Assembly (NCBI GenBank): GCA_029856045.1
Contig: JAHQWG010000047.1
Span: 192,001-256,000 of the forward strand
Reading direction: 5' to 3'
Origin: Promethearchaeia archaeon
GTDB taxonomy: Archaea; Asgardarchaeota; Lokiarchaeia; Sigyniarchaeales; SOKP01
DNA length: 64,000 nt
Shown in pieces: positions 31,413-42,664 of the stretch; position 1 is the stretch's first letter, and each line of letters opens with the position of its first letter. The notes below the pieces were generated by a model. The model made no database searches and was not told where the DNA came from. It was given only the letters and a program-made list of their open reading frames with translations. A program made the translations under genes and the position numbers.

Positions 31413-31501
31413 GAGATTATACCAATATCTTAAAAGAGATATGATTTAAAAAATTATTGAGCTTTATGATAAGAAAGAGAAATGAAATGATTATATCTAG
31501 A

Positions 31502-34420
31502 TTAAGATTTTTTGATTAAATCAATACAATATTCTAAAATAGCAGTTTCTTTTATTGTTTTATCAGGAATTAATCCTTGTCCGTAATTTAATTTACCTCC
31601 GCCTTTCCCTCCAAAATTTTGGACACAAGTCTTTATTATTTTGCCCATATTGAGATTGGATTTTTGAGAAGCTTCAGATCCTAACAAACCTAATAGAATT
31701 GTTCCCTGCTTTTCTTTACTGGTAAAAATTGTGATTGTCTCGGGGACTTTCTTAAAAATCTTAATTGATAAATTCTTCATATCATCTTGATTAATTGCAT
31801 CAAATGATCGCATAATGATTTTAAATTCTTTAAATTGTTTAGCATCTTCAATATATTTTTCAATTGCGCTATCACCAAAAATATTATTTATTTTTTCTAA
31901 TTTTTGTTTACTTTCCTCCCATTCGCCGTAGAATTTTTTAACTCTTTCTACGATAAGTTCAATTTGGGAATTTAGAATTTTGGCAACCTCTTCCAAGATA
32001 TCTCCTTTTTTTTCTTCAGTGGAAGTTAAAACTAGATCCTCTGGATTAATTTGACCTGAAGTAAGAGATTTTCTGGTTGATTTCCATTTTTTTATTAATT
32101 CTTGTACTCTGGCGGGTATTTGGGATGCGGAGACATGTAATACATCTTCTAATTCTTGAATTAATTTTTCATAAATGTATTTTAATTCTTTTGTAGCATT
32201 ATCAGCAGTGAATGTTATTCTGACAATACCATCTTGTATTTTTTGAGATTTTAAAATTTTTATTTCACCTGCTTCTCCTGTTCTATTTAAATGAGTTCCA
32301 CCACACGCTTCGACTTCTAAATTAGGTATTTCGACAATTCTAATCAGTTTACCGGGAACTGCACCACCTTGATAGATGCTCATTCCGTACTTATTTTCAG
32401 CTTCGGAACGAGGCATAAAGGATAGATTTGTTTTTAAATTCTTTTTAACAATATCATTTGATATAGCTTCAATTTTTTTAAGATCCTCATCAGAAATTGC
32501 ATTATAATGAGTTACATCGAGATGGGCTTTTTCTTGAGATTTTTTTGCGCCTGCTTGGTTGATATGAGCACCTAAGACTTCTCTTGTTGCGGCATTTATA
32601 ATGTGGGTTGTAGTGTGATGTTGTGCTATTTGTTTCCGCCATTTTTTATCAAGAATAACATTAACTATATCACCTTCTTTAAATTTAGGTGGATCGTCCA
32701 TAACATGAACTATATGTTTTCCCTCCTTAATTACATCTAAAAATTTCTCTCCATTTATAGTTCCAATATCATGTAATTGGCCACCAGAAGTTGGGTATGC
32801 CACAGATTTGTCAAGAATCACGTACTTATCTATTATTTTTAATACTTTTCCTTTATTAGAATAATCTTCATAATTATCAAAATAAAGTGATTGGGTTTCA
32901 GGTATATTACTTAAATCAATATCGAGCTCTTTCTGAGTAGCATAGACTTGTTCCTTTTTCTCATGTAATGCAACAACTCTACTATAAAAATCATCGGGAA
33001 TTTTAACTTTTACGCCTAGTTGTTTTGCCTCTTCCACGACCATATCAGGGCTTATACCGTTAGAATCATATAACTTAATTAGGGTTTCTTCTGAAATTTC
33101 TCCTTTTTTAATTTCATTTTTAACGATTTTTGCCGCATTCTTTTTAGTTTGATAATATTTCTTTTTTTCAACATTCAATATTTGCCTTAACTCATCTAAA
33201 TGTTCGCTGACCTCTGGAAATAATTCCTTTAATTCTTCAGCGTGCCATTCACATACATCTGCAATGTTAATATCCCAATTAAATTGGTCTATAAAAGAAA
33301 TGGCTCTTCTAAAAATTACCCTTAAATTATAACCTCCTCCTACATTTGAGGGTAATTTTCCATCATTAATTGCAAATAATAAAGTTCTTGCATGCTCGGC
33401 GATTGAATATAAGCCTGCCATTGGCATGATTTTTTTTTCTAATTCCATCACATCCATATTTAATTCCTGAGCGACTCTTTCCCATGCTTTTCCTAAATCA
33501 TCGACTTCATCTATGTTTAGATACGCAGAATATTGTGAAAATTTATTATATAATTCTAAATCTAAATCAATTTTTGCTTTTTCTCTTAATCTTGATAATA
33601 CTAAGGGGAATACAGCTTCATACATATTTGGAGTACCTTGTGAGAACCAAGCAACCCGTTCCTGACCAAGACCCATGTCTAAAACTTTTAATGGAAGTTC
33701 GCGAGAACCTTCTGGTGTTTGTTCAAACATAGTATATACTTGATTAAACAACTCAACCCCTCTACTAAAAAATTCAAGACTACAACCGTAGGAACCTCCT
33801 CCAGCCCAACTATCTTCATGAATTGTTAATTCATGTTTTGAAACTCCTACTCCCTCAGTAATAAAATCATACATATCGAGAAAATATTCACCTTGTTTCC
33901 ATTCTTCAGGTTTCACAAATGCATGCTGCCCGATCATTACAAATCCTGTACAATGGCTTCCCGTAATACCTACATTTTCAATATCAGAAAATCTCAAGCA
34001 AAATTGAGGAATAATTAATTTCTTTGCAGGAGGTTCAACTTCACCTGTTATCACATATGGTTGAAATGCAGAAATTGAAGCAATAGTAAATTCAGTAGTG
34101 GGATTCCATCTTGCAACACAGGGATATCGGTTTACTGGTTTATATCCTCGAGGTTTTAAAATTTCTACGATTTTTTTCCAAACACCGATAAAGGAGAGTT
34201 GGATTTTAGAGGGATTATCTTCAACAACTTGAAAACCTCCCGAACAAGTGGGGTCTCCGCACACTTCTCTATCTTCATGAGTAGTCCAAAAATAAGTTCC
34301 ACATTTGCACAGTTTCCTAATAAAACCTTTATTTCTTAATTCTTTAGTAGGAAAATATTTTTCTGGATCAGCAGATGCAATTTTTCTGAAGACTTCCTTC
34401 TGTTCCTTATCAGAGAGCAT
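31502..34420 (-). CDS. alaS: Alanine--tRNA ligase (archaeal type)
   Basis: VARW...FTIASISAFQP, QFCLRF, DMGLGQER, PSNVGGGYNLR, editing HTTTH and EACGGTH, C-terminal GGKGGG. Confidence 0.96.
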   Translation of the reverse strand: MLSDKEQKEVFRKIASADPEKYFPTKELRNKGFIRKLCKCGTYFWTTHEDREVCGDPTCSGGFQVVEDNPSKIQLSFIGVWKKIVEILKPRGYKPVNRYPCVARWNPTTEFTIASISAFQPYVITGEVEPPAKKLIIPQFCLRFSDIENVGITGSHCTGFVMIGQHAFVKPEEWKQGEYFLDMYDFITEGVGVSKHELTIHEDSWAGGGSYGCSLEFFSRGVELFNQVYTMFEQTPEGSRELPLKVLDMGLGQERVAWFSQGTPNMYEAVFPLVLSRLREKAKIDLDLELYNKFSQYSAYLNIDEVDDLGKAWERVAQELNMDVMELEKKIMPMAGLYSIAEHARTLLFAINDGKLPSNVGGGYNLRVIFRRAISFIDQFNWDINIADVCEWHAEELKELFPEVSEHLDELRQILNVEKKKYYQTKKNAAKIVKNEIKKGEISEETLIKLYDSNGISPDMVVEEAKQLGVKVKIPDDFYSRVVALHEKKEQVYATQKELDIDLSNIPETQSLYFDNYEDYSNKGKVLKIIDKYVILDKSVAYPTSGGQLHDIGTINGEKFLDVIKEGKHIVHVMDDPPKFKEGDIVNVILDKKWRKQIAQHHTTTHIINAATREVLGAHINQAGAKKSQEKAHLDVTHYNAISDEDLKKIEAISNDIVKKNLKTNLSFMPRSEAENKYGMSIYQGGAVPGKLIRIVEIPNLEVEACGGTHLNRTGEAGEIKILKSQKIQDGIVRITFTADNATKELKYIYEKLIQELEDVLHVSASQIPARVQELIKKWKSTRKSLTSGQINPEDLVLTSTEEKKGDILEEVAKILNSQIELIVERVKKFYGEWEESKQKLEKINNIFGDSAIEKYIEDAKQFKEFKIIMRSFDAINQDDMKNLSIKIFKKVPETITIFTSKEKQGTILLGLLGSEASQKSNLNMGKIIKTCVQNFGGKGGGKLNYGQGLIPDKTIKETAILEYCIDLIKKS

Positions 34421-34580
34421 AATATGATATATTTAAATTTCAAACAATGGTATTAACTAACTTATTTTTATATTGTTATGGACTCCTTAATTATTTTTTT
34501 ATTATCGAAAAAAAAATAAAAATTATTAAATTGTAAAGGATGTTGAGATACATTAAGGAAATGCTATTGGAGAAATAAAA

Positions 34581-35498
34581 ATGGAGAAAGGAAAAAGGAA
34601 AATTGTTGAGTCAGTGCCCAATTTTAGTGAAGGAACTGATAGTACTAAAGTTGAAGCGATTGTTTCTGAAATCAGAAATACTCATGAGACTCGTATTGTA
34701 GATATTCAATATGATTCTGATTATAATCGAGCAGTTATTACATTTATTGGAACACCAGAAGCAGTACTTAAAGCAAATATTGCTGCTGCTAAAAAAGCCA
34801 TCAAATTGATTGATATGAATAAACACAAGGGACAGCATCCACGTATAGGTGCGGTTGATGTTTGTCCATTTGTACCTGCTCAAAATGTTACTATTGAAGA
34901 ATGTAAAGACTTAGCAATAAATTTTGCTGAAGCGATGACAAAGGAAGGAGTTCCAGTTTATCTTTATGAAGAATCCGCTACTAAACCAGAGAGGAGAAAT
35001 ATTGATAATATCCGCATAGGCGAATATGAGGGTTTGAAAGAAACAATAAAAACGAACCATGAACATAAACCAGATTATGGACCTTCCGAATTCCATCCAA
35101 CTGCTGGTGCAACGATTACAGGCGCCAGATATCCTTTAATTAGTTTTAATATTAATCTTGGAACAACAGACGTTAAAATAGCTAAGAAGGTTGCTAAACG
35201 GATTCATCAACGCTCTGGAGGACTCGTAAATGTTAAAGCAATGGGAACGGAAATAAAAGAGCGAGATTGTGTTCAAGTAGGGATTAGCAATATTAATTTT
35301 AGAAAAACACCACTCTATCGGCAGATGGAACTCGTTAAAATTGAAGCGGCGCGGTATGGAGTTCCAGTGGTTGGTTCAGAATTAATTGGTGTTCTCCCCA
35401 TAGATGCAGTGCTTAACTCGTTGGATTACTATTTACAACTCGAATCTCCCAAGAAGCTTGAGCAGAAGCATTTATTAGAGTATTATTTTGATTTTTAA
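34581..35498 (+). CDS. ftcD: Glutamate formiminotransferase (FT domain only)
   Basis: ESVPNFSEG, HKGQHPRIGAVDVCPFVP, PDYGP, GARYPLISFN, SELIG. Confidence 0.92.
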   Translation: MEKGKRKIVESVPNFSEGTDSTKVEAIVSEIRNTHETRIVDIQYDSDYNRAVITFIGTPEAVLKANIAAAKKAIKLIDMNKHKGQHPRIGAVDVCPFVPAQNVTIEECKDLAINFAEAMTKEGVPVYLYEESATKPERRNIDNIRIGEYEGLKETIKTNHEHKPDYGPSEFHPTAGATITGARYPLISFNINLGTTDVKIAKKVAKRIHQRSGGLVNVKAMGTEIKERDCVQVGISNINFRKTPLYRQMELVKIEAARYGVPVVGSELIGVLPIDAVLNSLDYYLQLESPKKLEQKHLLEYYFDF

Positions 35499-35513
35499 TA
35501 TTAATAAATACAA

Positions 35514-36782
35514 TTAATTCTGCACAACGATTTTTCCATTTTTAATGACTGTTGAAACGAGATTTATTCCAAATTGGTAAGCCAAGAATTGATAATTGGG
35601 TGCATTAAACATTACCAAATCTGCTTTCTTTCCAACTTCTATGCTACCAACCTGGTCTTGTCGTTGTAGGGCGCACGCAGCATTAATTGTTGCGGCACTC
35701 AGAGCTTCTGCAGGTGAGAGTTTCATATTATAACAAGCTAATACAATTATCATTTGCATTGACTCCGTCCAACAATTTGGGTTTAGATCAGTTGCAAGTG
35801 CCACAGGAATGCCAAATTCAATCATTTTTCTTGCTGGTGCATAATCCTTTAGCATCAAACAGAATGGAGTACCTGGCAATAGAGTAGCTATGACTCCCGC
35901 TTTTCTCATTGCTTCCAAACCATTATTATTTGATTTCAGTAAATGTGCTGCTTGAACTGCGTTTAATTTTGCTGCCAATAAGGCTCCATTTGTATCTACA
36001 ATCTCATCTATATGAATTTGAGGTTTTAATCCATATCTTTTTGCAGCAATTATTATTTTCTGAGTTTGTTCGATTGAAAATATCCCTTCTTCGCAGAATA
36101 CATCACAAAACTCTGCTAAACCCTCACTAGCAATTTTGGGGATAATTTCTGAAATTATTAAGTCAACATAATCATCTGTTCTCCCTTTGTATTCTGGTGG
36201 TATTGCGTGTGCTCCTAAAAATGTTGAAACAACATCTAACGGGTGTTCTTTATTAAGGATATTCGCCGCTTTTAATGATTTTATTTCGCTATCGAGTGAA
36301 AGTCCATAACCAGATTTCGTTTCAACTGTTGTTGTACCATAATTCATCATTCTATCTAAGATTTTTTTGCCGTTTTCAACTAATTTTTCAAGAGAAGCTT
36401 TTCTCGTTTCTCGAACAGTTTTTAAAATTCCTCCTCCAGCCTCGAGAATCTCGAGATACGTTTTTCCAGCAAGCTTCATTGATAATTCATTTTCTCTTGA
36501 ACCGTCAAATATGATATGAGTATGTGGGTCTATGAATCCAGGGGTAACTAATTTATTAGTAGCATCGATCTTAATGTTAATTTGATTGTAAGCATATTTA
36601 GACATTAGATCTTTGGTAGTTCCAACAAATATGATTTTGTCATCTTTTACTGCTACCGCTCCATCAAGAATAATTGCCAACTCTCCCATTTTTTCGCCAA
36701 TCCTAGGCACACCAAATTTTGAATCCATAGTAACAAGTTGATTTGCATGGATAATTGCGAGATCTGGTTCATCATTCTTCAT
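35514..36782 (-). CDS. hutI: Imidazolonepropionase
   Basis: PGFIDPHTH, GGGIL, ETKSGYGL, FLGAHA, DVFCE, ATDLNP. Confidence 0.95.
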   Translation of the reverse strand: MKNDEPDLAIIHANQLVTMDSKFGVPRIGEKMGELAIILDGAVAVKDDKIIFVGTTKDLMSKYAYNQINIKIDATNKLVTPGFIDPHTHIIFDGSRENELSMKLAGKTYLEILEAGGGILKTVRETRKASLEKLVENGKKILDRMMNYGTTTVETKSGYGLSLDSEIKSLKAANILNKEHPLDVVSTFLGAHAIPPEYKGRTDDYVDLIISEIIPKIASEGLAEFCDVFCEEGIFSIEQTQKIIIAAKRYGLKPQIHIDEIVDTNGALLAAKLNAVQAAHLLKSNNNGLEAMRKAGVIATLLPGTPFCLMLKDYAPARKMIEFGIPVALATDLNPNCWTESMQMIIVLACYNMKLSPAEALSAATINAACALQRQDQVGSIEVGKKADLVMFNAPNYQFLAYQFGINLVSTVIKNGKIVVQN

Positions 36783-36793
36783 AATTGGCAGCT

Positions 36794-38320
36794 CTATTGA
36801 TTGCTTATTTTTAATAATTCATTACTTCTAATAATTTCTATTGCCACTTTTATAAAATCAGAGAGAATTGTATCTTCTGTTAAATGGGGTATTTTTTTTC
36901 GTATATATTCATAACAAGCCTCTAGAATCTTGCTTGATTTCAGAGGTCTTCTAAAATCAAAGGCTTGTGCGGCACATAAAAGTTCTATTGCATAAATTTT
37001 TTCGACATTTTCAATTATTCGAAGTGTTTTTCTAGCACTAATAGCACCCATACTTACATGATCTTCTTGACCCATAGATGTTGGTATGCTATCAGCGCTA
37101 GCAGGAAAGCAAAGTGATTTATTTTCACTTGCAAGAGCTGCTGAAGAATATTGAACCATCATAAATCCAGAGTTTAAACCAGATTCCTTAATTAAATAAG
37201 GGGGTAATCCCCATTTCCCTTCCAAAAGAAGATACGTTCGCCGGTCAGAAATGTTTCCTAGTTCTGAAGCTGCTAAACCCACATAATCTAAAGGTAATGC
37301 AAGTGGTTGTCCGTGGAAATTTCCTCCACTAATAGCATCTTCTTCATTAAAAATAATGGGGTTATCGGTAATGGAATTTAATTCACATTCCAATTTTTCA
37401 TTCAAATGCGATAAAGCATCCCTAGATGCACCATGAACTTGTGGCATACACCGAAGAGAATATGGATCTTGAACACGTTCACAATTTTTATGAGATTCTA
37501 TAAATTCGGAATTCTCAAGAAATTTTCTTATTCTCTTAGCCACTATTTTAGCACCTTGATGTGGTCTTAATTCAATTAATCTCTCATCAAAAGGTTGGGG
37601 TGAACCTAAATAGCTTTCAAGACTGAGAGCACCAATTATATCCGCGTGATCTAAGCAATTTTTTAATTTTTCTGATACCTTTATAGCATGAGCTGCTATA
37701 AATTGCGTACCATTAATTAATGCTAAACTTTCTTTTGGGCTAAGTTTTAATGGGGAAATTTTATACTGATTTAATATTTTCTCAGTTGGAATAAAGGTTT
37801 TCCCATCGGTTGATAGATATCCTAAACCAATTAATGGTAAAAATAAATGAGCTAAAGGTGCGAGATCTCCCGATGCCCCAACCGAACCTTGTTCAGGAAC
37901 TAAAGGTATATAATTTCTCTCAATATGCCAGAGTATTCTCTCAAGTATTTGTAATGATATTCCAGAATAGCCTTTACTTAATACATGCACCTTGAGAATA
38001 AGCATTAATTTTGAGATTTCTTGCTCTATTGGTGAGCCAACACCTACACTATGACTCTTAAGAATATTCTCTTGTAATTTACCAGTATCTTCTTTAGTAA
38101 TTCTAGTTCTACATAAAGAGCCAATTCCGGTGTTAATACTATATACAAGTTTCTCACCCTGAGCAATAGATTGAACTATCTCATAACTTTTTAATACTTT
38201 AGTTTTAACCTCATCTGTTAATATCCCTTTTATCTGGTCCCTTGCCAATTTCAGCGCTTTTTCAATGGTAAGTTGATCTAAACCAAATTTAAAATTGTCT
38301 TTCATATTCTCCTGTTTCAA
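36794..38320 (-). CDS. hutH: Histidine ammonia-lyase
   Basis: GSVGASGDLAPL (MIO-forming ASG), QDPYSLRC, GGNFHG, QEDHVSMG. Confidence 0.96.
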   Translation of the reverse strand: MKQENMKDNFKFGLDQLTIEKALKLARDQIKGILTDEVKTKVLKSYEIVQSIAQGEKLVYSINTGIGSLCRTRITKEDTGKLQENILKSHSVGVGSPIEQEISKLMLILKVHVLSKGYSGISLQILERILWHIERNYIPLVPEQGSVGASGDLAPLAHLFLPLIGLGYLSTDGKTFIPTEKILNQYKISPLKLSPKESLALINGTQFIAAHAIKVSEKLKNCLDHADIIGALSLESYLGSPQPFDERLIELRPHQGAKIVAKRIRKFLENSEFIESHKNCERVQDPYSLRCMPQVHGASRDALSHLNEKLECELNSITDNPIIFNEEDAISGGNFHGQPLALPLDYVGLAASELGNISDRRTYLLLEGKWGLPPYLIKESGLNSGFMMVQYSSAALASENKSLCFPASADSIPTSMGQEDHVSMGAISARKTLRIIENVEKIYAIELLCAAQAFDFRRPLKSSKILEACYEYIRKKIPHLTEDTILSDFIKVAIEIIRSNELLKISNQ

Positions 38321-38362
38321 AATATTGATAGATTTTTTATTGTGTTAATCGAGTAATTTAAT

Positions 38363-40384
38363 TCATTTAACATTTTTTAAATAATTAGTTACAACTTCAT
38401 CAACAAGATTATCTTGGGCTATGAATGGCAAGGTTATGTGTCCCCACCCTTCATTTTCAATGTTCCAATTATAAGCGGTTTCCATCGCATGCGGATTTCT
38501 TGCCCAACTTCTTCTACCTATTCCACCCATAACGTCCCATTCTAATGCATTCTTTATAGTTCTATCTACCTTTACAGACCCATCTAATACCAGTCCAAAC
38601 CCACCGTTAAAACATTTCCCAACTCCTACACCACCTCCATTTGACAGTACAGCTATAGTCATGCCCCTTAATGCATTTCCAGCAAAACAATGAACAGCCA
38701 TTTCTACCATAACATTACTTCCATCTTTAATATTAGATGTTTCTCTGAATGGGGAATCAGTGCCTGAAACATCATGATGGTCTCTTCCGAGCATTATTGG
38801 CCCGATTTCTCCATTTCTTACCAATTCATTAAACTTGAGGGCAATATTAATTCTTTCTTTTGCATCAGCATATAATATTCTGGCTCTTGTCCCAACAACA
38901 AGTTTATTTTTTTTCGCATCCTTTATCCAAATATAATTATCTCTATCTTGAGCTCGCCTTTCTGGGTCAATGTAGCTCATTGCTGCATGGTCCGTTTTAT
39001 CAAGATCCTCATTTTTTCCAGAGAGACATACCCATCTAAAAGGACCATACCCATAATCAAAGCATATAGGTCCCATAATATCTTCAACATACGACGGAAA
39101 AATAAATCCTTCTGAAGTATCAACGCCGTTTTTCACTATATCCCTGACACCAGCATCAAAAACTGCTTTCATAAATGAATTTCCATAATCCCAGAAGAAA
39201 GTTCCCTTATCTCGCATAATTTTTATTAATCTGAATTGTTCCTTTAAAGATTCATCTATTAGTTGTTTTAATTTTGTTGGGTCAGATTTTATTAATCTCC
39301 TTCCTTCTTCAAAGCTGACCTGATAAGGTGTATAACCACCATTATATACAGCATGACAGGAAGTCTGGTCAGAAGCAAGTTCAACTTTAATCTTATTTTC
39401 AACTACATATTTCCAAAGATTAACAACATTTCCATAATACCCAATAGATATTGATGTACCTGATTTTTTTGCATCATCAATCCAATTGAAAATCTCTTCT
39501 AGATCATCGGAATATTTTGAAAGCCATCCCTGTTTATGCCTTGTTTCGATTCTTGATTTATCCACCTCTGCTATAACACCTATGCCCCCAGCTATCTCTA
39601 CTGCTTTTGCTTGAGCTCCTGACATACCTCCAAGACCTGAACTAAGGTATATGACTCCCTTGAGGTCTTTATCGGCAGGGATTCCAAGATAATAACGCCC
39701 AGCATTAAGCAAAGTGATATAAGTTCCATGAACTATGCCTTGTGGTCCGATATACATCCAACCTCCGGCGGTCATTTGCCCATAGTTCGCTACTCCCAAT
39801 GCTGCTGCCGTTGCAAAATCTTCTGGGTTATCGAACATTCCAACCATTAAACCATTTGTCGAGATCACCCTGGATGCGGTGGGGAAGGTAGGAAATAATC
39901 CAACCGGATGCCCAGATGAGACGACAAGAGTTTGATTGGAAGTTAATTCTTCAAGATACATTTTCACAAGCCGGTACTGCATCCAATTTTGGTGAACTTG
40001 ACCAGATTCTCCATATGTGACAAGTTCATAAGGATATAGAGCTACATCAAAATCAAGATTGTTATCAATCATAACTTGTAAAGCTTTCCCTTCAAGTGTT
40101 TTTCCTTTATACTCATCAACAGGCTTCGCTTTTATGTTTCCTTCTGGTCTAAATCTATAACCGTAGATTCTACCTCTTGTTACCAATTCATTCATAAATT
40201 CAGGTGCAATTTTTTCGTGTAAAGAAAGAGGTATATATCGTAAAGCATTTTTTAAGGCTAATTTTGTTTGATTTTTATTGAGTCTATAACCACGAGAGGG
40301 TGCTCTTCTAATACCATCAATGAATTCGGGATATTTAGGGAGTGTTTCTGGCAATTTAATTTTCATAGCTTTTGAAAGATCCAT
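38363..40384 (-). CDS. hutU: Urocanate hydratase (long form, 673 aa)
   Basis: YGQMTAGGWMYIGPQGIVHGT, GLGGMSGAQ, SDQTSCH, GRDHHDVSGTDSPFRET. Confidence 0.96.
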   Translation of the reverse strand: MDLSKAMKIKLPETLPKYPEFIDGIRRAPSRGYRLNKNQTKLALKNALRYIPLSLHEKIAPEFMNELVTRGRIYGYRFRPEGNIKAKPVDEYKGKTLEGKALQVMIDNNLDFDVALYPYELVTYGESGQVHQNWMQYRLVKMYLEELTSNQTLVVSSGHPVGLFPTFPTASRVISTNGLMVGMFDNPEDFATAAALGVANYGQMTAGGWMYIGPQGIVHGTYITLLNAGRYYLGIPADKDLKGVIYLSSGLGGMSGAQAKAVEIAGGIGVIAEVDKSRIETRHKQGWLSKYSDDLEEIFNWIDDAKKSGTSISIGYYGNVVNLWKYVVENKIKVELASDQTSCHAVYNGGYTPYQVSFEEGRRLIKSDPTKLKQLIDESLKEQFRLIKIMRDKGTFFWDYGNSFMKAVFDAGVRDIVKNGVDTSEGFIFPSYVEDIMGPICFDYGYGPFRWVCLSGKNEDLDKTDHAAMSYIDPERRAQDRDNYIWIKDAKKNKLVVGTRARILYADAKERINIALKFNELVRNGEIGPIMLGRDHHDVSGTDSPFRETSNIKDGSNVMVEMAVHCFAGNALRGMTIAVLSNGGGVGVGKCFNGGFGLVLDGSVKVDRTIKNALEWDVMGGIGRRSWARNPHAMETAYNWNIENEGWGHITLPFIAQDNLVDEVVTNYLKNVK

Positions 40385-40530
40385 ATTTTTTAATTACCCC
40401 ATCCAATATTTGAATTTTATTATTTCTTTTTTTTTAATACACTAAAGTGCTAACCAAACGGGAAAAAAGGCTATAAAAAAATTAATAACATATTTAACAT
40501 TTAAAAGCAGAAAAAAGTTTATATACAGTT

Positions 40531-41313
40531 ATGAAAGAACTTTATCGGCAAATTATCGAAATTGAGCGGATTGCTAGTCACGCTTGGCCAGCTCATGAAG
40601 TTCAGTATTTGGGTGGATGGATGCTTCGAGCCAGTTATGGGATTACTCATAGGGCAAATAGTACATTAATTCTTGACGAGCTACCCGAGGGAGATATCGA
40701 TTCAGCTATCCAAATTATTCGTGAATTCTATATAAGCCAAGGTTTACCAACAAGATTTCAATTAACGAATGCAAGTGTGCCTGCTAATATTGACCGTAAA
40801 ATTGCTGATTTGGGTTTTATCTTAGAAATGAAAGTTAATGTGCAAATTATTTCCCTGGATTCTTTATTCCATGATATAACTTCTTTTCATATAGAAATTC
40901 ATCCAGTCCCTCAACAGGACTGGCTTTCTACATATGCAGCTGTTGGAAATTATGATTCTGTCTCTTTAAGAATTAGAGGAGCCATTATGAGACGTGTTGT
41001 GCAGGAAAAAGCATTTGCATCAGCTATCTTTAAAGGCAAGGTTGTTGGAGTGGGATTTGGGGTAGCTGAAAATGGTTGGCTTGGATTATTTGCAATATAT
41101 ACCCTAGCCTCGTTTCGACATAAGGGCATAGCAACTGCTATTACACGCGCTCTCGCCCAATGGGGATTATCTAAGGGAGCCACCCGTGCCTATCTCCTAG
41201 TTGAGCAGAAAAATGAACCTGCAAATGCCCTTTATAATCATTTGGGTTTCCAAAATCTCTATTATTATTGGTACAGATTGGAACAAGGTAGTATTGAAAA
41301 TAAAGAAAATTAA
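40531..41313 (+). CDS. GNAT family acetyltransferase
   Basis: GWMLRA..G.T.RANS, FRHKGIA, NEPANALYNHLGF. Confidence 0.88.
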   Translation: MKELYRQIIEIERIASHAWPAHEVQYLGGWMLRASYGITHRANSTLILDELPEGDIDSAIQIIREFYISQGLPTRFQLTNASVPANIDRKIADLGFILEMKVNVQIISLDSLFHDITSFHIEIHPVPQQDWLSTYAAVGNYDSVSLRIRGAIMRRVVQEKAFASAIFKGKVVGVGFGVAENGWLGLFAIYTLASFRHKGIATAITRALAQWGLSKGATRAYLLVEQKNEPANALYNHLGFQNLYYYWYRLEQGSIENKEN

Positions 41314-41375
41314 TTTATTTTGGGTGGTATCAAAATTTAGTGATGGATATATCAATTAAGAAATTATTTTTTACT

Positions 41376-42128
41376 CTATTTTGGAACTTTTAATACCTTA
41401 CAAATTAAGGTTGAAGGAATCATTTCTATTATTTCTTGATACCGTTCCTCGTGAGGGATGACATCTCTTTCCAATGGTTTAGGCTCAAGTATGTTTTCTA
41501 TATTGAAGCCAATCCTGATTAATCCATTGATGATATCACTAATTTTTGATGCGTGAACTCTAAGATCTATTCCTGTAGACTCTACAAATGTCACTTCTTT
41601 TTCAAAATAGCTTACCGATATTTTAAGCTCCTTAAGATCAAGATCCTCTGCACCAAGAAGGTTGTAAATCGGGTGTTGCATACTAAACACGAAAATACCA
41701 TTCGGTTTTAAAATTCTATAAGCTTCCTTAAATGCCGCATTCAAATCTTGCATCCAATCTAATGCGAAAGTAGATATTGCTATATCAAATATATCATCAT
41801 CGATCATTATTAAATTCTCTATATCACCTTCTATTAACTCAATTTTAACTTTATTTTCTATTATTAAATTTTTAGCATATTTCAATTGTTCTAAAGATAT
41901 ATCAACTCCTGTACAAATACCTCCTTTCTTTGCTAAAGTAATAGAGTTTTCAGCAGCTCCACATCCTAATTCTACAATTCTTTTTTCTTCAACATCCCCA
42001 AGCAGATTAAGTTCAGATTCCCTTGCATAACCTGGAGCGTATTCAATATCAGCAAATGATAACTTTCTTTTCTTCTGATATTCTAATGCTATTAAATTCC
42101 AATGTTCTTTAATGTTGTTTTTACTCAT
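41376..42128 (-). CDS. Class I SAM-dependent methyltransferase
   Basis: VELGCGAA, GVDIS, RILKPNG. Confidence 0.9.
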   Translation of the reverse strand: MSKNNIKEHWNLIALEYQKKRKLSFADIEYAPGYARESELNLLGDVEEKRIVELGCGAAENSITLAKKGGICTGVDISLEQLKYAKNLIIENKVKIELIEGDIENLIMIDDDIFDIAISTFALDWMQDLNAAFKEAYRILKPNGIFVFSMQHPIYNLLGAEDLDLKELKISVSYFEKEVTFVESTGIDLRVHASKISDIINGLIRIGFNIENILEPKPLERDVIPHEERYQEIIEMIPSTLICKVLKVPK

Positions 42129-42215
42129 ACTGTAATGAATTTAAGTAATTTTATTAAATTTTTTTCTAAAGTCTAAGTAAAAATTCCTATCATCACTGAA
42201 TTTTGCATCCATCCT

Positions 42216-42644
42216 TTATTTTTTTTTTAAAAGAGAATCGATAATTATTTTTTTATGATCAAATGCTAGTTCCATTGATTCAATATTTTTAATAGGAACT
42301 AATTCCAAATCCGTTGCATCAGTTTTTGCTATAGGGTTTTCGTTCATTGTTAATGGTTCACATAAATATGAAATAGTAACTGTGTGACCTCTTGGATCTC
42401 GTTTGGGATCAGAATAAACTCCTGTTAATTTTATAATTCTAATATGGATATTTGTCTCTTCAAAAGCTTCCCTTTTACAAGCTTCTTCTGCAGTTTCACC
42501 TACTTCCACAAAACCACCGGGTAAAGCGAATTGCCCTTGAAATGGGGGATTTTTCCTTTTAATAAGTACAATTTTCTCATCCGGTATTTTTATCACAGCA
42601 TCAACCGTTAAAAGTGGTGTAATGGGGATGGGCATATTTTTCAC
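42216..42644 (-). CDS. NUDIX hydrolase
   Basis: LPGGFVEVGETAEEACKREAFEET Nudix box; RDPRGH, LAFDH. Confidence 0.92.
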   Translation of the reverse strand: MKNMPIPITPLLTVDAVIKIPDEKIVLIKRKNPPFQGQFALPGGFVEVGETAEEACKREAFEETNIHIRIIKLTGVYSDPKRDPRGHTVTISYLCEPLTMNENPIAKTDATDLELVPIKNIESMELAFDHKKIIIDSLLKKK

Positions 42645-42664
42645 ATTATTTTAAAAATTTGTAT

